A stretch of DNA of 64,000 nt from an uncultured Gammaproteobacteria bacterium. Its GTDB lineage: Bacteria; Patescibacteriota; Microgenomatia; Levybacterales; UBA12049. Both the position numbers and the translations under genes were made by a program. The DNA is taken from assembly GCA_964424775.1 (NCBI GenBank), contig CAYRJZ010000001.1:204748-268747 (forward strand), in the 5' to 3' direction. Below are positions 35,098-43,143 of the stretch, piece by piece; position 1 is the first letter of the stretch, and each line of letters starts with the position of its first letter. The notes beneath the pieces are model-generated. The model saw only the letters and a program-made list of their open reading frames with translations. It did not search any database and was not told the origin of the DNA.

Positions 35098-36558
35098 ATG
35101 TCAGACAGTAATACAACAGCATTCTATCCTCCAGTCGTAGCCGTTCTCGGTCATGTTGACCATGGTAAAACAACTCTTCTTGATGCCATTCGTAAATCAT
35201 CTATTGCTGAGCGCGAACATGGTGGCATTACGCAGAAAATTGGAGCATCCTCTGTTGAAGTTCTCCATGATGGAGTAAAGAAAAAAATTACGTTTATTGA
35301 TACCCCTGGTCACGAGGCATTTACAAAGATGCGATCCAGAGGTGCACAGGCTGCAGATATTTGTCTCCTTATTATCTCAGCTGTGGATGGAATTATGCCT
35401 CAGACTCGTGAAAGTATCAATCTTTTAAAAGAATCGAAGTTACCTTTTATTGTCGTATTGACCATGTCTGACCTTCCTACTAAAAATCCCGAAAAGGCAA
35501 AACAGCAGCTTCTGAGCGAAAGTATTCTCCTTGAGGGAATGGGTGGAGATACTCCAGTAATTGAAGTGTCCGCAAAGACCAATCACAACATTAAAGAGCT
35601 TCTTGATCTTATTCTTTTGGTAAGAGAAGTTTCTTTAACTGATCATCCTTTAACAGCTTCACCAGATGGAGAGTTGAATGCCATTGTTATTGAATCAAAG
35701 CTAGACTCAAAGAGTGGTCCTCGTGCAACAGCAATTGTGAAAAACGGTACATTAAAGGTTCGAGAGGAAGTTTTTAGCGAAAATGGTGCATTTAAGGTTC
35801 GATCACTTGTGACAGATGATGGCAAACAAGTTCAGGAAGTTACTGTTGGGGACGCTGTTGAGATTACTGGTTTTTCAAAAGTTCCAAGCGTAGGTAGTCT
35901 TATCACTAGAACTCAACAGATTGCAGAGCAAAGTACTCAAAAAGCACCAGCAGCGTTTACGCTTGAGTCAGCATTTGCAGCTCGCAAGATGGGGGATGAG
36001 TTAGCAATGATTCTTGTTACCGATACAGAAGGCTCACTTGAGGCTATTACCCAAGCTCTTCCTGAGAAAGCTCAGATAATCACCAAAAAAACAGGAGAAA
36101 TAGCTGAAGCTGATGTTTTGATGGCAAAATCAACTGGTGCACTTGTGATTGGGTTTAATACGAAAATTAGACCAGAAGTAGCTAAGTTGGCTCGGACAGA
36201 GAAGGTATTAATGAAAAACTATACCATTATTTATGAACTATTGGATGAAATTAGTGAAGTACTTGAAGGAAAGGCACTTGCTTTAGTTGAGCAAATTTTT
36301 GGTACAGCGAGAATTCTCGCAAAATTCCCATTTGAAAAGACTTTTGCGTTGGGAATTTCAGTGATTGATGGCCGAATTGCACGAGGAGATAAGGCACGAA
36401 TAATGCGTGGAGAAGAGATAATCGGAGAAACCCAGATAAATTCTCTCCGTGTTGGAAAGAACCCTACTTCTAAGGTTGAAAAAGGGAATGAAGCAGGTAT
36501 AGTTATTACACCTATGCTTGACTTTCAGGTCGGAGATGTGCTAATATCCCATGAATAA
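35098..36558 (+). CDS. infB: translation initiation factor IF-2, short form starting at the G domain
   Basis: VVAVLGHVDHGKTTLLDAIRKS...DTPGHEAF...; only 486 aa, no N-terminal domains. Confidence 0.85.
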   Translation: MSDSNTTAFYPPVVAVLGHVDHGKTTLLDAIRKSSIAEREHGGITQKIGASSVEVLHDGVKKKITFIDTPGHEAFTKMRSRGAQAADICLLIISAVDGIMPQTRESINLLKESKLPFIVVLTMSDLPTKNPEKAKQQLLSESILLEGMGGDTPVIEVSAKTNHNIKELLDLILLVREVSLTDHPLTASPDGELNAIVIESKLDSKSGPRATAIVKNGTLKVREEVFSENGAFKVRSLVTDDGKQVQEVTVGDAVEITGFSKVPSVGSLITRTQQIAEQSTQKAPAAFTLESAFAARKMGDELAMILVTDTEGSLEAITQALPEKAQIITKKTGEIAEADVLMAKSTGALVIGFNTKIRPEVAKLARTEKVLMKNYTIIYELLDEISEVLEGKALALVEQIFGTARILAKFPFEKTFALGISVIDGRIARGDKARIMRGEEIIGETQINSLRVGKNPTSKVEKGNEAGIVITPMLDFQVGDVLISHE

Positions 36559-36569
36559 TATAGGATATT

Positions 36570-37478
36570 ATGGATAACACATCACTTCAGAGAATTAAAG
36601 AGACAATTTCACGAAGTACGAACGTTGCAATCGTCGTATCTGCAAATCCAGCTATTGATCAAATGGCTGCGGCACTCTCTTTCTATTTAACCCTTTCTGC
36701 TCTTGATAAAAGAGTTTCTGTGCTTTCTCCAACAGAGCCTATTGTTGAACTTTCATCTCTTGTTGGTATTGATAAGGTAAAAGGATCAACTGAGGGATCA
36801 AGTGGTGATCTCGTGGTCTCATTCCCATATCGAGAAGGTGAAATTGAGAAAGTCTCATATACGATTGAAGGCGGATTTCTCAATATTGTTGTTAAAGCTG
36901 GAGAACAAGGCCTCACATTCGCTGAAGATCAGGTTCAGTTTAAGCGTGGATCCGATAAAGCAGATCTTGTTATTGCGATAGGTGCACAAACAATGAATGA
37001 CGTGAATGTCCTTCTTTCTGAAGAGTCCCTCAAAGAAGCAACAATAATAAATATTGATAATTCAGATAGAAATGAAGGATATGGAAATATTGTTCTTGTT
37101 TCACCTAAATTCTCATCTCTCTCAGAACAAGTTGCTGACCTTATGCTCAATCTTGAAATGGATATGGACATAGATACTGCACAGAATTTGTTAGCTGGTA
37201 TAACAAGTGCGACTGCTAATTTCCAAAGTCCAAATACATCGTACCTGGCATTTGAGATTGCAGCTATACTTATGAAACGTGGTGCAGTAAGAGCACAACA
37301 GGTTGTTATGCCTAGTCGGGAAGAATCACGACGTGAACAGCCACGAGAACAGCGTTCACAACGCCCACAGCAGCAAAATCAGCCAAGACAGGAACAAAAA
37401 ACAGAAAATCGTGGTGGTCAAAAACCTCCATCTGATTGGTTAACACCGAAAGTATATAAGGGATCAACTTCTGTTTAA
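36570..37478 (+). CDS. DHH/DHHA1-family (NrnA-like) protein with substituted catalytic motifs, Q/R-rich C-terminal tail
   Basis: NVAIVVSANPAIDQMAAALSFYLTL (NrnA motif I position but AID instead of DGD). DLVIAIGAQ instead of the DHH motif. LLAGITSATANFQSPNTSYLAFEIAAILMKRGA resembles the NrnA DHHA1-linker region. Sits where rbfA/truB/nrnA usually lie between infB and rpsO. Confidence 0.4.
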   Translation: MDNTSLQRIKETISRSTNVAIVVSANPAIDQMAAALSFYLTLSALDKRVSVLSPTEPIVELSSLVGIDKVKGSTEGSSGDLVVSFPYREGEIEKVSYTIEGGFLNIVVKAGEQGLTFAEDQVQFKRGSDKADLVIAIGAQTMNDVNVLLSEESLKEATIINIDNSDRNEGYGNIVLVSPKFSSLSEQVADLMLNLEMDMDIDTAQNLLAGITSATANFQSPNTSYLAFEIAAILMKRGAVRAQQVVMPSREESRREQPREQRSQRPQQQNQPRQEQKTENRGGQKPPSDWLTPKVYKGSTSV

Positions 37479-37488
37479 GAGATAGTGG

Positions 37489-37518
37489 TTGCGATTCTCC
37501 TCTTCTTTCTGGTATAAT
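37489..37518 (+). promoter_or_regulatory. candidate promoter for rpsO (TTGCGA-18-TGgTATAAT extended -10)
   Basis: TTGCGA 37489-37494, TG at 37510-11, TATAAT 37513-37518. Confidence 0.4.
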
Positions 37519-37526
37519 ACAAGCCT

Positions 37527-37796
37527 ATGCCGCTTTCAACTACGCAAAAACAAGACATAATAAAGTCATTTCAGACAGCAGACGGAGATACAGGAAGTCC
37601 AGAAGTTCAAATTGCACTTCTTACTCATCGTATTACTCGACTTGCTGAGCATCTCAAAGATCATGCTCATGATGTACATAGTCGACGTGGACTTCTCTCA
37701 ATGATTGCAAAAAGACGTCGACTTCTTAACTTTTTAGTTAAAGTTGATAAGACACGATCCTCAGAGATCAAGAAGAAGATAGGATTGAAAGATTAA
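37527..37796 (+). CDS. rpsO: 30S ribosomal protein S15
   Basis: MPLSTTQKQDIIKSFQTADGDTGSPEVQIALLTHRITRLAEHLKDHAHDVHSRRGLLSMIAKRRRLLNFL. Confidence 0.95.
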   Translation: MPLSTTQKQDIIKSFQTADGDTGSPEVQIALLTHRITRLAEHLKDHAHDVHSRRGLLSMIAKRRRLLNFLVKVDKTRSSEIKKKIGLKD

Positions 37797-40138
37797 TGGA
37801 AAAAACCTCTATATCGGTTGATTTTGCTGGAAAAACAGTTACATTTGAAACAGGCCAATTAGCACCTCAAGCTACGACCTCTATTCTTGCGCGAACTGGT
37901 GACACTATGGTGCTTGTTACTGTTGTTCAAGGACAGGACCGCGAGGATCTTGGCTATTTCCCACTCTCCATTGAATACGTTGAAAGATTGTATGCTGGAG
38001 GGCGAATTAAGGGTTCACGTTGGGTAAAGCGTGAAGGACGCCCGACTGATGAAGCAATTCTCATAGGTCGCCTTATTGATCGATCAGTAAGACCACTCTT
38101 TCCAAAGGAATATAAGAGAGAAGTACAGGTCATGGTTACCGTACTCTCAGTAGATGGCGAGAACGCTCCAGATATTCTCGCTCTTAATGCAGTTTCAGCA
38201 GCACTTACTGCATCCCCAATCCCATGGAATGGTCCTGTTAGTGCAGTTCGAATGGGTTATGTTAAAAATCCAGAGAATGGCTCAGGTGAGTTCATTGCGA
38301 ATCCGACAACAGCTCAAGGAGATACTTCAGAACTAGATATCGTCGTTACTCAATCTCAAGATCTTACTCTCATGATTGAAGCTGGAGCAAATCAGGTTTC
38401 AGAGGAAATTCTTGCTGAGTCAATTAAAAGAGCACATGAGGACACCCGCAAGATGATTGCCGCTATTAATGAATTTGCTGCAAAGGTTGGTCAGCCAAAA
38501 GTTGATGTCCCAAGTAACTCAGCAATGCTTGATATGGCAAAGAAAATTGAGAAAGCTTTTTCAACTGAAATTGCTGAGCTTGCAAAAGCAATGGCAAATA
38601 AAGAGTCAGGTGGAGGAGTTATGGGTGCACTCATTGATAAGGTAGTTGAGAACGAAAAAATGAGTGAAAAGAGTGAAGAAGTTGATAAGAAAGTAGTTGC
38701 AAAAGCTGTTGAGTATGTTCTTTATAAGCACATTCGTCATGCAGCAGTTGCAAAAAAGGAAAGACAAGATGGGCGAAAAGTAGATGAACTTAGGCCTCTT
38801 GGAGCTCGGGTTGGCGTTGTCCCACGTGTTCATGGATCAGCGATTTTTGAAAGAGGTATTACACAGTCATTAACAGTCGCTACTCTTGGATCACCTCGGA
38901 TGGAGCAGCTTATTGAATCTGCAGAAGGTGAAGAATCAAAAAGATACATTCATCACTACTCCATGCCGCCTTATTCAGTTGGAGAAGCAGGACGAGTAGG
39001 TACACCATCACGACGAGAAATTGGACATGGTGCACTTGCTGAACGAGCACTTGAGCCAGTCATTCCGTCTCAAGATAAATTCCCTTATACCATCAGAATG
39101 GTTTCTGAAATTCTTTCATCTAATGGTTCTACCTCAATGGCTGCAACGTGTGCATCAACTCTTGCTCTTATGGATGCTGGAGTTCCAATTTTAAAGCCAG
39201 TCGCTGGAATCTCAATTGGACGAATGTCTGAGGGAGAAAATTCAATTCTTTTAACTGACATTATTGGACTTGAGGATTTTTCAGGAGACATGGACTTTAA
39301 AGTGGCAGGTACTGAAGATGGGGTCACTGCAATTCAACTCGATGTGAAGATCCCGGGACTGAAAGATGAAGAAATTGTTGAAATTTTTGAACGTGCTAAG
39401 ACAGCACGGGCTAAGATCTTGGAAGTTATGCTCTCAGCAATTCCAGAGTCTCGAACACAGGTATCAGAGTATGCACCAAAGATTGAGCAGGTAACTATAC
39501 CTGTTGAAAAAATTGGTGAAGTAATTGGTCCTGGTGGACGAGTTATCAAAAATATCATTGCTACAACTGGTGCAACAGTTGATGTTGAAGATGATGGTAC
39601 AGTCACTATCTCAGGTACAACAGAAGAGTCAGTACAACAAGCTGTGGATTGGGTCAAAGGCCTTACACGGGAAGTGTTAGCTGGAGAGCTTTTTGAAGGA
39701 CCTGTTAAAAGAATTCTTCCATTCGGAGCTTTTGTTGAGATTTTACCTGGAAAAGAAGGAATGGTCCATGTTTCAAAGATGGGACAGGGATTTGTAAATA
39801 GTCCAGAAGATGTTGTTGCAATTGGTGACATTGTGAAAGTAAAAGTAAGTGAGATTGATGATCAGGGTCGAATTAACTTAACAATGAAGCTTGATGATAG
39901 TGGAGAAGATACAAATTCAGGACCGAGAGATGACTCAGGACCACGCAGAGGTGGAAATGAAGGATTTAGACGTGAGCCACGCGGTGAACGACGAGATTTT
40001 CGACCACGAGGAAATGATCGGGGAAATGATCGGGATCGAGGAATCGCTCCACGAAGCAAACACCCACTCGCACAGCAATTTGAAAGAGAACGTCGAAGTA
40101 CTGATCGAAATAATCCAAGAAGAAAGACTCACTATTAA
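37796..40138 (+). CDS. pnp: polyribonucleotide nucleotidyltransferase (PNPase) with RG/RD-rich C-terminal extension
   Basis: Two RNase PH domains, KH and S1 (GELFEGPVKRILPFGAFVEILPGKEGMVHVSKM). ~80-aa tail GPRRGGNEGFRREPRGERRDFRPRGNDRGNDRDRG... Confidence 0.95.
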   Translation: MEKTSISVDFAGKTVTFETGQLAPQATTSILARTGDTMVLVTVVQGQDREDLGYFPLSIEYVERLYAGGRIKGSRWVKREGRPTDEAILIGRLIDRSVRPLFPKEYKREVQVMVTVLSVDGENAPDILALNAVSAALTASPIPWNGPVSAVRMGYVKNPENGSGEFIANPTTAQGDTSELDIVVTQSQDLTLMIEAGANQVSEEILAESIKRAHEDTRKMIAAINEFAAKVGQPKVDVPSNSAMLDMAKKIEKAFSTEIAELAKAMANKESGGGVMGALIDKVVENEKMSEKSEEVDKKVVAKAVEYVLYKHIRHAAVAKKERQDGRKVDELRPLGARVGVVPRVHGSAIFERGITQSLTVATLGSPRMEQLIESAEGEESKRYIHHYSMPPYSVGEAGRVGTPSRREIGHGALAERALEPVIPSQDKFPYTIRMVSEILSSNGSTSMAATCASTLALMDAGVPILKPVAGISIGRMSEGENSILLTDIIGLEDFSGDMDFKVAGTEDGVTAIQLDVKIPGLKDEEIVEIFERAKTARAKILEVMLSAIPESRTQVSEYAPKIEQVTIPVEKIGEVIGPGGRVIKNIIATTGATVDVEDDGTVTISGTTEESVQQAVDWVKGLTREVLAGELFEGPVKRILPFGAFVEILPGKEGMVHVSKMGQGFVNSPEDVVAIGDIVKVKVSEIDDQGRINLTMKLDDSGEDTNSGPRDDSGPRRGGNEGFRREPRGERRDFRPRGNDRGNDRDRGIAPRSKHPLAQQFERERRSTDRNNPRRKTHY

Positions 40139-40184
40139 ATTCGCTTCTCTTTTGCTTTTCTCAAAAAGTTAGTATGATTAAATA

Positions 40185-41339
40185 ATGGTTGACGCTGCCC
40201 TCCCTACTACTCCTCCAGTGAATGGAAAAGGAGCTCAAACTCCTTCTTCTCCTTCCTTTATGACACCAACAGGAAAAGGAGAATCAAATGATCAGATCAG
40301 AAAATTGGGAGAAAGAATAGAAAAAGCTGAACTCCCTGATGTTCTTAAACAAAATCTTCTTGAACGTGTTTCACGCCTTGCACTTCTTCGAGCAAGTTCC
40401 GGGTTTATGAGCGCAAATTATATTCTTGAGTATGAGAACACATCGAATTATATCAATTGGGTAGTTGGACTTCCTTGGCATATGAACACCCAGGATGTGC
40501 TTGATTTAGTAAAAGCGAAGGAAATAATGGACAAACATCATTATGGGCTCGATGTTATAAAGAATAGAATTCTTGATTATCTAGCAACAATTATTTTAAA
40601 TATGAAACAACAACGACATGATTTAGTTACACGAGCTCCTATTTTATGCCTTGTAGGTCTGGCTGGAACTGGTAAAACGACGCTTGCTTCATCTATTGCT
40701 GAAGCACTGGGGAAAAAATTTGAACGTATACCATTTGGAGGAATGGCAGATTCGCGTGCTCTGCGTGGACAATCAAAAGCATTTCCAGATGCAGAGCCTG
40801 GATTTGTTGCTAAAAAATTATTTCATGCAAAATCAAATAACCCGGTTATTCTGCTTGACGAGTTAGATCGTGTCACAGAGTCTGCTCGAGCTGATATTAT
40901 GGGAGTTCTCGTTGAGCTTTTGGATCCTGAGCAGAACTTTGCGTTTACTGATCACTATATTGATTATCCTTTCAATTTATCTAATGTTCTGTTTATTGCT
41001 ACTGCAAATAACACAAGCAGCATCTCAACTGCTGTTCTCGATCGTCTTGAGATCATTCAGATGCCATCTTATACCGATGAGGAGAAAATTGTCATTGCTA
41101 AGCAATATTTGTTCAATCAAATCAGATCAGAAGCAGGGTTAAGTGATCAAAATTTAATTATAGATGAAGCAGTTTGGCCTGGAGTCATTCGACCCTTGGG
41201 CTTTGATTCAGGGATTCGATCACTTGAACGAACGATTCAGGGTATTTGTCGAAAGGTTGCTAGACAAATAGTTGAAGGAAAAGTCACAGCTGTGCGCATT
41301 ACAGATACTAATCTTAAGGAGTATCTCCCACAGTGGTAA
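40185..41339 (+). CDS. Lon-like AAA+ ATPase module lacking N-domain and S16 peptidase domain
   Basis: Colinear with the Lon region from the helical bundle through the AAA+ alpha-subdomain: YINWVVGLPWHMNTQDVLDLVKAKEIMDKHHYGLDVIKNRILDYLA; ILCLVGLAGTGKTTLASSIAEALGKKFERIPFGGMADSRALRGQSKAFPDAEPGF; VILLDELDRV; VLVELLDPEQNFAFTDHYIDYPFNLSNVLFIATAN; LDRLEIIQMPSYTDEEK. Stops at TAA 41337-9 exactly where the protease domain would begin. RNase J begins 57 nt later. Confidence 0.8.
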   Translation: MVDAALPTTPPVNGKGAQTPSSPSFMTPTGKGESNDQIRKLGERIEKAELPDVLKQNLLERVSRLALLRASSGFMSANYILEYENTSNYINWVVGLPWHMNTQDVLDLVKAKEIMDKHHYGLDVIKNRILDYLATIILNMKQQRHDLVTRAPILCLVGLAGTGKTTLASSIAEALGKKFERIPFGGMADSRALRGQSKAFPDAEPGFVAKKLFHAKSNNPVILLDELDRVTESARADIMGVLVELLDPEQNFAFTDHYIDYPFNLSNVLFIATANNTSSISTAVLDRLEIIQMPSYTDEEKIVIAKQYLFNQIRSEAGLSDQNLIIDEAVWPGVIRPLGFDSGIRSLERTIQGICRKVARQIVEGKVTAVRITDTNLKEYLPQW

Positions 41340-41396
41340 ATGTAATCTATTAGATTGAATTAACAAGATGAATCCCTTATACTGAACAAACAATTT

Positions 41397-43097
41397 ATGG
41401 AAGAGAAAAAGATAAAAAATCCCCCACATAGAAATCCACATATGCCATCACTTTCACTTATACCTTTAGGTGGAATGGAAGATGTCACCAAGAACATGTA
41501 TGTCTATGAGTATAAAGATGAAATACTCATCGTTGATTGTGGCATCGGATTTGCTGATGCTTCAATGCTTGGGGTAGATCTTTTACTTCCTGATATTACG
41601 TATCTGTTGCAGACTAAGAAAAAAATTGTAGGAATGATTCTTAGTCATGGCCATGAAGATCATATTGGAGCAGTTCCTTATATTCTTCCTCAACTCCCAC
41701 CTCAATTACCTGTCTATGCTTCCCCTTTTACTGCAGCGTTAACGAACGAAAAACTCAAGGAGTTTAAGATGCCTGCCAGTGTAAAGACTTTCTCATTTGG
41801 TGATCGTCCACTTACACTTGGACATTTTACGGTTAACTTACTTCGCATAACTCATTCAGTTCCAGATAGCGCAAATATTGTCATTAAGACTCCGGCAGGT
41901 GTCTTTTATCATGGAAGTGATTTCAAAATTGATTTAACTCCACATGACAAAGAGCGTATGGACTTTCAAGGTATTGTGAAAGTAGGAAATGAAGGAGTAT
42001 TAGCTATGTTGACTGATTCGTTAGGATCAGACAGGCCAGGTCATACTCCCTCAGAAGATGGGTTGCAACAGGCGTTTGAGAATGTGTTACAGCATTGTAA
42101 AGGAAAATTAATTATCACAACGTACTCATCAAATGTTGCTCGTATTAACCAAGTCATTGCTGCAGCAGAACGCTTTAAGCGAAGAGTATGTTTTGTTGGT
42201 CGCTCTCTTATAAAAGTTGCAGATGTAGCAAAGAGAGCAGGGTATTTAGAAGTACAAGATGGGACAATTATTGAGCTTGAACATGTTTCTAATCTTCCAG
42301 ATAACCAAGTTGTGATGATAGTAGCGGGAAGTCAAGGGCAAGAAAATTCGGCCTTGACTCGTATAGCAGAAGGAGAACATCGAGAAGTTCATTTGACACC
42401 AGATGACATTGTCATATTTTCAGCAGATCCGATTCCGGGCAATGAAGAGCCTGTCAATCAATTAATCGATACAATTGCTAAAACTGGCGCAAGCGTTATT
42501 ACGTCAGGTCATGGAACTTTATATCATGTGTCAGGACATGGATCTCAACAGGATCATTTGATGATGATGTCTCTTATCAAACCTCGCTTTATTACTCCAA
42601 TTAGTGGAAATTATAAGCACCTTCTGGGATATCAGAAGCTTGCTATTAAGATGGGTTATAAAGCAAAAGATGTTCTTCTCCTTGAAAATGGTCAAGAAGT
42701 TATCTTCAGCAAAGATGGTGTGACTTTTGGGAGGAAGATTCCCACCAAGAACGTGTATGTGGATCAAGTTTCCGGTGAAGAAGTAGAAGGATTTGTATTG
42801 AGAGATAGAGAGAAGTTAGCAAAAGACGGAATAGTTATTTTAATGATTGAAATAAATGCATCTGATGGTCAGCTTACAGGTAAGCCAGATATTATAGAAA
42901 GAGGGTTTCTCCCTAAAGAAGGGGAAGTACTCGAAGGAACACTCATGAAGGAAATAAAAGGTGTTTTATCTACTAAGAAAGGGAGAGTAACGAACTGGGT
43001 ACATCTTCGTAAACAACTTGAGGCTGTAGCTAGTAAGCATATCTTTAAAAAGTTCAGACGTCGCCCACTTGTTCTTCCTGTTATTATAGAAGTATAA
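41397..43097 (+). CDS. rnj: ribonuclease J (metallo-beta-lactamase / beta-CASP family)
   Basis: ILSHGHEDHIGAVPYI HxHxDH motif. beta-CASP region and C-terminal domain. 566 aa. Confidence 0.85.
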   Translation: MEEKKIKNPPHRNPHMPSLSLIPLGGMEDVTKNMYVYEYKDEILIVDCGIGFADASMLGVDLLLPDITYLLQTKKKIVGMILSHGHEDHIGAVPYILPQLPPQLPVYASPFTAALTNEKLKEFKMPASVKTFSFGDRPLTLGHFTVNLLRITHSVPDSANIVIKTPAGVFYHGSDFKIDLTPHDKERMDFQGIVKVGNEGVLAMLTDSLGSDRPGHTPSEDGLQQAFENVLQHCKGKLIITTYSSNVARINQVIAAAERFKRRVCFVGRSLIKVADVAKRAGYLEVQDGTIIELEHVSNLPDNQVVMIVAGSQGQENSALTRIAEGEHREVHLTPDDIVIFSADPIPGNEEPVNQLIDTIAKTGASVITSGHGTLYHVSGHGSQQDHLMMMSLIKPRFITPISGNYKHLLGYQKLAIKMGYKAKDVLLLENGQEVIFSKDGVTFGRKIPTKNVYVDQVSGEEVEGFVLRDREKLAKDGIVILMIEINASDGQLTGKPDIIERGFLPKEGEVLEGTLMKEIKGVLSTKKGRVTNWVHLRKQLEAVASKHIFKKFRRRPLVLPVIIEV

Positions 43098-43143
43098 AGG
43101 TGCATACTGAGGCTACATGTGCTATGATGATTAAACTTCTCAG

